DNA from: Cyanobacteria bacterium auto_48_18 | GTDB taxonomy: Bacteria; Cyanobacteriota; Vampirovibrionia; Obscuribacterales; Obscuribacteraceae | Assembly: GCA_036170915.1 (NCBI GenBank) | Contig: JAVHQC010000012.1 | Coordinates: 1-24,099, forward strand | DNA length: 24,099 nt | Reading direction: 5' to 3' | In this document: one piece after another, positions 1 to 8,144 of the stretch | Layout: each line of letters starts with the position of its first letter | How positions within the stretch are numbered: position 1 is the first letter of the stretch | Made by a program: the position numbers and the translations under genes | Notes under the pieces: generated by a model | What the model was told of the DNA's origin: nothing | What the model saw: the letters and a program-made list of their open reading frames with translations, nothing else | Databases searched by the model: none

Positions 1-56
1 TTTTAGAAGCAAAGATGTCTCTTAGCTAGTGGTCTAAATTTCGGGGACCGTCTTCA
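1..56 (-). mobile_element. Probable terminal inverted repeat of an IS3-family insertion sequence running off the left edge
   Basis: Minus strand from 56 reads TGAAGACGGTCCCCGAAATTTAGACCACTAGCTAAGAG. It begins with TG, resembles IS3-family (IS911-like) ends from memory, and its first TGA is the premature stop of the 54..731 ORF. Confidence 0.45.
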
Positions 57-731
57 ACCACGAGCCAAAGGAGTTATGTAAGTCACCACTCCTGTTTGCA
101 GAATGTTCTGCTGAGGTAATGTAAGCAGTAGCTTGCTGAGCTCCGCGACATCCATTTCAATGGCAGGCTTGACCATTGTTTGATAAGCCTGCACTTCAAC
201 AAAGCTCCTTAACCAACGAACCGGCAGTTTTACTTTGCGTTCGATAATCGATTCTTCGTCCCGGCTCAGTTCCACAGAGTTCACACCAACCTTAAGGCCG
301 ACTTTGTCTGAGTTGCGGAGGGAAGCCATAGCTGCTCTCATAGGAGGATTGAAATCTACATTTGTGGTGCCTTTGGAAAGCCAGGAGCCATCAATCGCTT
401 GACCCGACAAATCAAAGCGAGCATAAACACCACAGCAAACCGAAAAAACTTCAAATCTTAGTCGCTCGCCGTCACAAGTCACAACCGGGTCGGCTGCTGC
501 AAGCATTCGCTCTCTAATGAGACCAGGTGAAAAGAACCTGGTGCGGCTGATAGCCGATAGCGCGAGCAAAATATCAGCTATTGCTCTTGGACTGCGTAAT
601 CTACCGTCAAAAAAATATGGATTCTTATCAAGACCGCCGAACGTTGCGAGTTTAAGGTCACGTCCTTTGCCTTCCTCTGCAACCGTGGAGGCGAATCTGT
701 AGGCGTAGCTAAAATTAACTGCTGATGACAA
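54..731 (-). pseudogene. N-terminal half of a SWIM zinc-finger family protein, truncated
   Basis: Family motifs ADPVVT-x4-RLRFEVFSxCCGVYARFD, GTTNVDFNPPM and ERKVKLPVRWLRSFVEVQ are present. The C-terminal SWIM finger is absent and the ORF stops at 225 aa. Confidence 0.6.
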
Positions 732-984
732 CCGCTATGTCCTTGTGAATGCAAAGGTTTGGCCGAATCCTATCATGGTCTAACCATAGCGCCTACCTAA
801 CAGCGCGGAATTCAGTTATTAGCGGCCCGGTGCGCCCAGGGGGGCTCTGGCGTCATTTGAGGGCATCAACAATGCTATGCCGATTGAGCACCTCCAGCAT
901 CGTCACAACGCCGTTACAACAATCCAATAGATTGGTCGATGTTGGGCATTGCCTTAACCCCCACTTACTATCCGAGGCCAAACG

Positions 985-1290
985 ATGAAGAGCGAACTAG
1001 TAGAGTCACAGATCGATAGTGCTAATAAACCAAACGATTCCGCAGCTCACTCAATGCTGGCAGAGGCCAATGCGTCTCAAGAAAGCTATATGTCTCAAAG
1101 ATTAACTCCAGCATCTAGCTCACACTTGCCAGATCTAAGCATTTTTGACAGCGAGAAAGTTAGTCAGAAAAACTCAGCTGCTGGAAATAATTCCGATGTG
1201 GTTTTAGCAACAGGTTTGACCTTCACGCACAATGGAAACCCTGTCGTCATATCCAACGGCGGTTATCCGATAGTGGTGCCAAGAAAATAG
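985..1290 (+). CDS. Hypothetical protein, low-complexity S/N-rich
   Basis: 101-aa ATG ORF with GAGG upstream, converging on the DUF4240 gene; contains an LPDLSIFD motif. Confidence 0.55.
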   Translation: MKSELVESQIDSANKPNDSAAHSMLAEANASQESYMSQRLTPASSSHLPDLSIFDSEKVSQKNSAAGNNSDVVLATGLTFTHNGNPVVISNGGYPIVVPRK

Positions 1291-1315
1291 CTGATAGCAC
1301 TTGCTCATTCATTCA

Positions 1316-1954
1316 CTACGTTCCGGGCGGCCGCTTGGGAGCATTTCCAAACTGTCGCCATAATCGCGGATACAACTTTTCCAAGTCTGCTTCATCATCT
1401 AATCTTGTACCGGCAGGCTCAGATTCCCACTTTGTTCCAGTCAGACCAGGCAAGTCAACCATAAACCACTCTTTTCTTAGTGGATCTTGCCTCGCCCAGG
1501 CTTTTTTGGGGCACGAATGAAACTTGTCGCACGCATCAAGGTCGGACGCCTTGATCGAATCCGGATCCATGATTGCTTCAGCCACTGCGTTTTTCCCCTG
1601 CATTATTATCGCAGAGGTGAAGTCTTCGAATAAATCGTCTGAGAAACAAAAATCACGGTAAATTATGCGGAATGCCCCGTCAATTTTCCACGTGTTCAAC
1701 GAAATAGACTTCAAATAGGCATGACACGAAAAGGAGGTCAGCTCTTCTTCGTTTAGCAGTTCGAGTTTCTCGATGAGCTTTTCAATTTGACCGTCCTGAG
1801 TTCCTCCCGCTTCTTCTCTACTCTCATGAATAATTCGCCAGAAGTCGTCTTCCGTCAAAATTGATTCTCCTATTCGTTTCGTAAATGATTTCAGATGGAA
1901 ACTGCGATTGTCCGCGAGTGAGGCTAGAACCTCAGCGCGAATATTGTAGACCAT
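1316..1954 (-). CDS. DUF4240 domain-containing protein
   Basis: EDDFWRIIHESR...LIEKL...SDDLFEDF...IIMQG...DPDS and terminal YPRLW match the DUF4240 pattern. The start codon is uncertain. Confidence 0.75.
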   Translation of the reverse strand: MVYNIRAEVLASLADNRSFHLKSFTKRIGESILTEDDFWRIIHESREEAGGTQDGQIEKLIEKLELLNEEELTSFSCHAYLKSISLNTWKIDGAFRIIYRDFCFSDDLFEDFTSAIIMQGKNAVAEAIMDPDSIKASDLDACDKFHSCPKKAWARQDPLRKEWFMVDLPGLTGTKWESEPAGTRLDDEADLEKLYPRLWRQFGNAPKRPPGT

Positions 1955-2116
1955 CCAAAATGCAAGCTTGCTTGAAGTGTCTGCTCGAGTGAGAAAGCCT
2001 CACTTCCAAATAAAGAAAAGCACCGAAGGTTACTTCCCGGGCGCAGTTTTGATAAACTAAGGCCAGCTAGATACGCTTTAGTCTTAATCGCGTGATTTTC
2101 GTTGAAGGAGCTGAAT

Positions 2117-2554
2117 ATGAATCGCTACGCAGTCATGTCCCTCGCCGCAGCTTTATCGGTTGTAGCATCTGGAGTAACGATGGCTCCGTGCCAGGCCCAG
2201 TTCCTCAAAACCCTCCAGGACAGTTTGCTTGGTGGCCAGAACGCTCAGCAAGGTACTGGCTTCAATCAGCCGCAGATGTCGTTGGTCGGTACTGTGAACT
2301 TGCCGCCAGCCCAATACATGATGACTAACGTCCAGACGGGGCAAGCTTTTTACGTCACTGTGCAGAATGGCCAGATGTTCCTCGGCAATCAGCAAGTAGC
2401 ACCTCAGAACTTTATGCCTAATCAAAATATGGCCCCTCAGCAGTCCGGGCAGCAGCAAGGCGGTTTGGGTGGTATGGTCAAAAACGGATTGGGTAGTTTC
2501 TTGCAGAACCAAATGGCACCGCAACAAGGTCAGCAGCTAGCACCTAATCAGTAA
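2117..2554 (+). CDS. Secreted Gln/Gly-rich hypothetical protein
   Basis: AAGGAG RBS at 2105-2110 precedes ATG 2117. A Sec-type signal peptide (MNRYAVMSLAAALSVV...PCQA) is followed by Q-rich low-complexity segments around a small beta-rich core. Confidence 0.75.
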   Translation: MNRYAVMSLAAALSVVASGVTMAPCQAQFLKTLQDSLLGGQNAQQGTGFNQPQMSLVGTVNLPPAQYMMTNVQTGQAFYVTVQNGQMFLGNQQVAPQNFMPNQNMAPQQSGQQQGGLGGMVKNGLGSFLQNQMAPQQGQQLAPNQ

Positions 2555-2564
2555 CTATTGGCAA

Positions 2565-3515
2565 TTAGTGAGCAGCGACTGGTCGAAAAGTGCCAATCAT
2601 GGCAAGAAACATATGTGGGATAGTCAAGGCACTAAGCAAGAAAAACATTGCTCGCACTGCTTGAATAGAAATATCGATAGAAGCCGAAGTGTTGGTGGCA
2701 ACAAAAAAAATCACAAGTGCCAGCAACCAGCTGCCAATAGTAAACACTGCGGATTTTCTAACAAAAATCGAAAGACCATTTGCAAAATTAAGTGAATCAA
2801 ACCGAGAAATTTGTCTCAGACATTGGCGCACTGAATGCCACCAGCAAAAATAGATCGTAAACGAGAGAAGTGGCGGCAAGAGTACGTAAGACAGAAGCAA
2901 AATCAAAGTTTCGGTGCATTCAACAAAACCAGTTTTACATCGCACTTCACACGCCAGGCAAAAATCAAGCACCAGCGATGAAAAGGCCAGACCAATAGTC
3001 ATGCCACCAAGAATTTTTAAAACCTCGGTCATACTTGTTGAAAATGAAACATGAGTGCCCATAAGAAAAGAAAACACTTCGCTCACAGCGGCGGCATGAA
3101 GAAAGCAGGGTGCAAATACAGGCAGAAAGCCCCTTAAGAGCTTCTTGCCTAAACTAAAATGGTCATCCTCGTCTAAAGCAAAATGCAGGCACGAGACTGA
3201 AAGAAAGCTAACCAACATAGGTCCCGGGTCACTGAACCAAACGCAGAGCAAAATCGCCGCAAGAGCGATGTAGGCTATAACGAAAACGAAAAGGCGTAAT
3301 CTGCCGATATGGCCGTTTCTATCTGGTGGGCAACGAAGATAATCTAGAGAGCCGTGACAAACTCCGAACATCAATATATTGATTACAAAAACTAAGACCT
3401 GCCCTTGCAGGCTATGAGCCAACAAACAAAAAGGAATCAAGACAAGAATTGTGGCAATTGAAGCCACTTTTCTTTGAAGCAAAAGCCATTGATTAAGATG
3501 GGAAAATGTATTCAT
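2565..3515 (-). CDS. blh: Brp/Blh family beta-carotene 15,15'-dioxygenase (retinal-forming)
   Basis: Multi-TM protein with GxxHGSLD, LHF, YFCxWHS and LTIPHM motifs. Overlaps crtY by 4 bp and lies in the rhodopsin-crt cluster. Confidence 0.9.
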   Translation of the reverse strand: MNTFSHLNQWLLLQRKVASIATILVLIPFCLLAHSLQGQVLVFVINILMFGVCHGSLDYLRCPPDRNGHIGRLRLFVFVIAYIALAAILLCVWFSDPGPMLVSFLSVSCLHFALDEDDHFSLGKKLLRGFLPVFAPCFLHAAAVSEVFSFLMGTHVSFSTSMTEVLKILGGMTIGLAFSSLVLDFCLACEVRCKTGFVECTETLILLLSYVLLPPLLSFTIYFCWWHSVRQCLRQISRFDSLNFANGLSIFVRKSAVFTIGSWLLALVIFFVATNTSASIDISIQAVRAMFFLLSALTIPHMFLAMIGTFRPVAAH

Positions 3516-4684
3516 AAAATCATCTGCGCCATAATTGCGCCCAATTCGATCTTCTTGGGCATAACAGCGAAAATTGCAGCATTGTCTGCTAATGATGACC
3601 GATCACAAAGAAAACGCACTAATACATCGGCATCAACCCGCTCAAAAAGTGCACTGAGCAAAAGCGGTCCGTCAGCTGGATTCTGCTTAAGATGAGTAAG
3701 AAGCACCTTGTCTAACAAAGCTGCCGTTGGCGATAAGGTTTCAATTGTGCTCGGCCATCGGCCACGATTAATTGAGCTAGTGATGGCTTTTGATGACTGG
3801 TGAATCGCAGCAAAGGCGTATCCAGTAGAAGACCGAGCAAATCCACCGCCCAATCCAATTGACGTATGTCGCTTATCACCAGTCTCACTGCTGACCGTGT
3901 GCATGGGAATGCATCCATGTTCGACATGTATTCTCTCGAACGATTCCAAACCATATTCGCTTAACAAGTAATCTAAAAGCAGCCTCTGATGCTGATCTTT
4001 TACCATGCGCTCGAAACCAATCCAAACCGACTCAACCAGAGCTTCATTGCTTGAAAATGGCAAAACGTAAAAGAAATGGAAGCCGTTTCTACTGGATGGG
4101 GCTAAGCCTTCTAGTTTGCTAAAAGCAGAGAAATCCATAAGAGTGACGCATTCAGCATCGAAGACATCTTTATCAGCGCGAATATGCAAGCCGAAAAAAT
4201 CCTGCTTAAATTCTGAAGAGAGAAGCTTCGGCGGACGACTATCAAAAAGAAATTGACTATTGATACTTCTTTGATTTGTGGTAGCGACTATGTGTTCACT
4301 TGCATATGCTACATTTTCTAGCGACTCACCAAGGAAGAAACGCACATTTTCGCAATCTTGCAACTGGCCCAAGGCGTGCCTGTAGTAAGCGTCAGCTAGA
4401 ATACAAGTGTACGGATATCGCTTGCTGCCTCGAATGCTAGTTCTAGAGGCAAATCTAACTTGCCATTGGTGCCACTTTTTAGTTTCAGGCAATTTTAATT
4501 CTTCCAGTACATTATTCCAGAAGCACCAGGTGTGGTCACGGTTGTAGGCGGAACGAGGGTCGATTAAACAAATAGGTTCTATCGCTGAATTTTTTTCCGC
4601 AATTTTGCTCAAGTTTAGTGCCAGCGCTAAACCAGATAATCCTGCGCCGGCAATTGTGTATTCGCAATCTGTGGCGTCTGACAT
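3512..4684 (-). CDS. crtY: Lycopene beta-cyclase (CrtY/CrtL family)
   Basis: N-terminal GAGLSG dinucleotide fold plus DHTWCFW, TLMDF, FFYVLPFS, ALVEs, EHGCIPM and STGYAF. Confidence 0.88.
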   Translation of the reverse strand: MSDATDCEYTIAGAGLSGLALALNLSKIAEKNSAIEPICLIDPRSAYNRDHTWCFWNNVLEELKLPETKKWHQWQVRFASRTSIRGSKRYPYTCILADAYYRHALGQLQDCENVRFFLGESLENVAYASEHIVATTNQRSINSQFLFDSRPPKLLSSEFKQDFFGLHIRADKDVFDAECVTLMDFSAFSKLEGLAPSSRNGFHFFYVLPFSSNEALVESVWIGFERMVKDQHQRLLLDYLLSEYGLESFERIHVEHGCIPMHTVSSETGDKRHTSIGLGGGFARSSTGYAFAAIHQSSKAITSSINRGRWPSTIETLSPTAALLDKVLLTHLKQNPADGPLLLSALFERVDADVLVRFLCDRSSLADNAAIFAVMPKKIELGAIMAQMIL

Positions 4685-4705
4685 ATTTTTAAAAAGATGC
4701 TCTGT

Positions 4706-5722
4706 TCATCGATAAACCACGTCAAAACTATGCAGACCCTTTAATACGTGATGAAGCTCGCTAGCATGATTAGATTTAGACTTAATAAAGTGATACCTGG
4801 GCAATGCAAGTGAAAGCAATGAAGATAGAAGACAAAATGTTTTTTCTCGAGCGCCTGTAGAGACGCGCTCGCTGAAAACTCGTTCAGGATTTTTTAGAAT
4901 CAATTTTCCAATCTGACTGTAAGCCCGGCTTGCACAAAGTATGCCTAGCTTGATTTCTGCCGGCAGAAAACAGATGCCATTTTCTGAACTCTGATAATAA
5001 ATTTGAGAAAGCGAAATAATCTGATTGGTAACAGCAATCACTTTCGATTGAGCAGAACAACTTCCGCTCAGAGCGTCCGAAACAACAATCGTATCAATCA
5101 AAGTTGCAGGCAGATAAATGCGGCCTTGAGCAAAATCTTCCCGGATATCACGGGCAATGTTTGTCAGCTGCATGGCAATTCCCAAATCGATTGCAGCAGC
5201 CAGGGCATCGCTGTTGGTGACCTCCAGCAAATAACAAATCATAATGCCAACAGTGCCTGCTACCTGGTAAGAGTAACGAAGCAATTCTTCTGTGGAGCGC
5301 ATCTGCTCCATGCCGATGTCAGTGCGCACTCCCCTCAACAGATCAAAGGCAAAACTGAGCGGCATTCCTGTGCTTCTGGAAAGTTTGAGAAAATCATTTA
5401 CTCGTTCATCCACTGAGAAATTTAATTCAAGATCCCGGTTTATGCGGTCGAGAAATTCAGTCGCTAGGTCTTTATCAGAACAATTATCGACACCGTCGTC
5501 AACATAACGACAAAAACTATAGAGCAGTGAAAAATTTTCTCTAACTTGTTCAGGCAAAAATTGTGCCGCCCAAGTAAAAGTCTTGGCACGGTTCTGCATC
5601 AGTGTGGAATCGGGTTGCGGCTGGTATGAGTGCGCTTCGACTAACAATTTGATCGCCCCCACTTGCTGATTTCGAAACTGACGAATCTTGCATCTTAAAA
5701 ATTCAATTGAGATCTGCGACAA
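4706..5722 (-). CDS. crtB: Phytoene synthase
   Basis: AKTFxWAAxFLP, YSFCRYVDDGVD (DDxxD), YSYQVAGTVG and LGIAMQLTNIARDIREDxxxGRIYLP. The true start is probably later (TTG at 5647 after GGGGG, or ATG at 5599). Confidence 0.92.
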   Translation of the reverse strand: MSQISIEFLRCKIRQFRNQQVGAIKLLVEAHSYQPQPDSTLMQNRAKTFTWAAQFLPEQVRENFSLLYSFCRYVDDGVDNCSDKDLATEFLDRINRDLELNFSVDERVNDFLKLSRSTGMPLSFAFDLLRGVRTDIGMEQMRSTEELLRYSYQVAGTVGIMICYLLEVTNSDALAAAIDLGIAMQLTNIARDIREDFAQGRIYLPATLIDTIVVSDALSGSCSAQSKVIAVTNQIISLSQIYYQSSENGICFLPAEIKLGILCASRAYSQIGKLILKNPERVFSERVSTGAREKTFCLLSSLLSLALPRYHFIKSKSNHASELHHVLKGLHSFDVVYR

Positions 5723-7175
5723 CTCGGTCTAAAACTTTGGCCGAAGTGAGAACTCCAGGCATGCCTGCACCAGGGTGGGTTCCAGCACCGACGAAAAAGA
5801 GATTCTCGACATCTTCCGATTTGTTTTGAAATCTAAAATAGGCCGATTGTAGCAATGTTGGCTGCACTGAAAATCCGGTACCATGGTGGCTGAGCAAGTT
5901 GTCTCTGAAGTGCTCAGGAGTGACGTAAAAGCTGTGCACAAGATACTCTTTTAAGTCAGGCAACAACGTAGACTGCAAAAACTGCAGAATTCTATCGGCA
6001 AAACGATCGCCCTCTTCTTTCCAATTTACTTTGCCCTGGAGGTTGGGGACAGGAGCCAGAACATAAAAACACTCATGGCCGGGTGGAGCCATAGACGGGT
6101 CAGTTCGGCTAGGCGCATGCAGGTAAAGGCTAAAATCTTCTGCCAAAATCTTTTTCTGAAATATGTCATCCAATAACTCACGGTACCTTTTACCCAGCAA
6201 AATGGTGTGATGATCAACATCAGGATATTGCCTGCTAGTACCGAAATAGAGCACGAAGAGCCCCATTGAATACTGCATTTTTTCAACTCTCTCGTCCGTC
6301 CATTTTATGCGGTCGGGAGCAGCCAGCAGATTTTTATAAAGGAATGGCGGATCGGCGTTAGATACAACTAAATCAGCCCTGTGTACGATACCATCAGTGG
6401 TTTCAACGCCAATCGCACGTCCCTGAGCCGTGATAATTTTGCCTACAGTATAATTCAATTGAACTTCAACGCCGACTTCGCGCATCAGTTGGGCAAGACC
6501 ATCTACAATCGCACCAGTGCCGCCCATGGCATACCAGACCCCAAATTCACGCTCCAAATAATGAATCAGAGCGTAAATTGAAGTTGTATTGAATGGGTTA
6601 CCACCAACTAACAGAGGATGGAAGGTAAAAACCTGCCTGAGCTTCTCATTCTTTATGTAGCGTGACACCAATTGATAGACTGTAAGGTAGCTCTCAAGTT
6701 GAATCATATCTGGAGCCACGGCAAGCATGCTACTCGCAGAAAGAAAGGCATGGTCTCCTAGTTTAGTGAAGCCGACATCAAAAATCTTTTTACATTTAGC
6801 AAATAGCTTTTTATAGCCCGCCACATCAGAAGGCGAGAACTTTTCTATCTCCGCCAGGGTGTCTTCGAAAGTGCCACCATACTTAAAGCTTGAGCCATCA
6901 TCAAATCGAATCTGGTACCAGGGCTCAACAGGTACAAGCTTAAAATAGTCTTCCATTTTTCGGTCAAACAGAGCAAATAATTCTTCGATCAAAAAGGGGG
7001 CAGTGATCACGGTCGGTCCGGCGTCGTAGGTGAAGCCATCCCTTTTGTAGACGTAACCACGGCCCCCTAATTTGTCTTGTTTGTCGAGAACAAGAACCTC
7101 GTACCCTTTCTTTCTCAGGCGCAAAGCAGCTGCAAGCCCGCCAAAACCAGCACCGATAACTATTACTTTAGGCAT
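5703..7175 (-). CDS. crtI: Phytoene desaturase
   Basis: VIGAGFGGLAAA FAD motif, DAGPTVIT and C-terminal VGAGTHPGAGMPGVLTSAK. ATG 7175 follows GAGG; the ORF track starts at GTG 7193. Confidence 0.95.
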   Translation of the reverse strand: MPKVIVIGAGFGGLAAALRLRKKGYEVLVLDKQDKLGGRGYVYKRDGFTYDAGPTVITAPFLIEELFALFDRKMEDYFKLVPVEPWYQIRFDDGSSFKYGGTFEDTLAEIEKFSPSDVAGYKKLFAKCKKIFDVGFTKLGDHAFLSASSMLAVAPDMIQLESYLTVYQLVSRYIKNEKLRQVFTFHPLLVGGNPFNTTSIYALIHYLEREFGVWYAMGGTGAIVDGLAQLMREVGVEVQLNYTVGKIITAQGRAIGVETTDGIVHRADLVVSNADPPFLYKNLLAAPDRIKWTDERVEKMQYSMGLFVLYFGTSRQYPDVDHHTILLGKRYRELLDDIFQKKILAEDFSLYLHAPSRTDPSMAPPGHECFYVLAPVPNLQGKVNWKEEGDRFADRILQFLQSTLLPDLKEYLVHSFYVTPEHFRDNLLSHHGTGFSVQPTLLQSAYFRFQNKSEDVENLFFVGAGTHPGAGMPGVLTSAKVLDRVVADLN

Positions 7176-7256
7176 ATCGCCTCGCGTGCTCACTAACTGA
7201 GACTTTGTCTGAGAAATTTACCAACACTAGATCTAGAGTTCGATGCAGAATATACC

Positions 7257-8045
7257 CTAGGCAGTGACAGCGGATGAGGCGTTGGGTACAGACTCAAGGT
7301 TGTACCCGTCGGCTTCGGATTTAGCCATCGCAATCATGTATATATAGATGCCTAGTCCGACCTTAGCGACAATATCGGCAATTGTGTATCCAACCTGGAG
7401 GCCACACTGGCCGGCACCACCACTCAATCCAATCATTGTCGACAAATACGCAATCGGATAGAAGCTCCACGTGATCAAAAGCAGCCCGCGAGCGGCTGAA
7501 ACCAGACTCTTCACTTGTTCAGGCTGTCGGCTGAAGGCACGGCCAAATTCAGTAAACAGAGTGTACATGATGAACAAAAAAGGAGTCATGGAGAGGGCCC
7601 AGAATAGCCAGCGAGTGCTTGCTTGTTGGGAAATTTCACCTGGGTATCCGAGTGCAATCATCAGAGCAGCTGCAGAGGAGAGCTTCAATATCAGACCTCT
7701 CGACACCGCCGCTGGCAGCGCCAGGACAGCAACCAGCTCAATCACTAACAGTGGCACTGTGAGCAACCAATCTGCATAGCGGTATGCATCGTTGAAGGGT
7801 AAACCCGAAGCCTGATAGGCACCGTTCACCAGTGTGTAGGCATGGCTAAAACTTTCGTAGATACGGAAGTAGTGGTAGCACGCGATTGTCGGAACAAGGG
7901 CGCTGACCAGAAGAGCAGGACGATATTTTGGTGCTACCTGACTCCTTGAGTAAAAAAAGAAAAGTGCTCCGGCAAGCATGGCTGCGCAGCACAAAGACAT
8001 CACGTTTGTAATTAAACTGTATTCAGTAGCTGATAAAGTAGGCAT
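7257..8045 (-). CDS. Microbial rhodopsin, Gloeobacter rhodopsin/xanthorhodopsin-like outward proton pump (DTE motif)
   Basis: 7-TM pattern; YRYADWLLTVPLLVIE (D92, T96, E103), YHY (H58), GYPGE, WSFYPIAY and YTIADIVAK (Schiff-base K228). AGGAG RBS upstream. Confidence 0.95.
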   Translation of the reverse strand: MPTLSATEYSLITNVMSLCCAAMLAGALFFFYSRSQVAPKYRPALLVSALVPTIACYHYFRIYESFSHAYTLVNGAYQASGLPFNDAYRYADWLLTVPLLVIELVAVLALPAAVSRGLILKLSSAAALMIALGYPGEISQQASTRWLFWALSMTPFLFIMYTLFTEFGRAFSRQPEQVKSLVSAARGLLLITWSFYPIAYLSTMIGLSGGAGQCGLQVGYTIADIVAKVGLGIYIYMIAMAKSEADGYNLESVPNASSAVTA

Positions 8046-8144
8046 AAATGCTCCTATCGTAGAGTACCGATCTCACTTCAGTGAGGCTTTCTCTACTACC
8101 AAAGTTACTCGGCCGGTGTGAACTAACAGTGAACTGCGACAGGC

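Noticed and set aside
749..988. 79-aa ORF and short GC-rich/palindromic patches
   Set aside because: No RBS or protein-like features, and no convincing ncRNA or riboswitch fold; likely a divergent promoter region.
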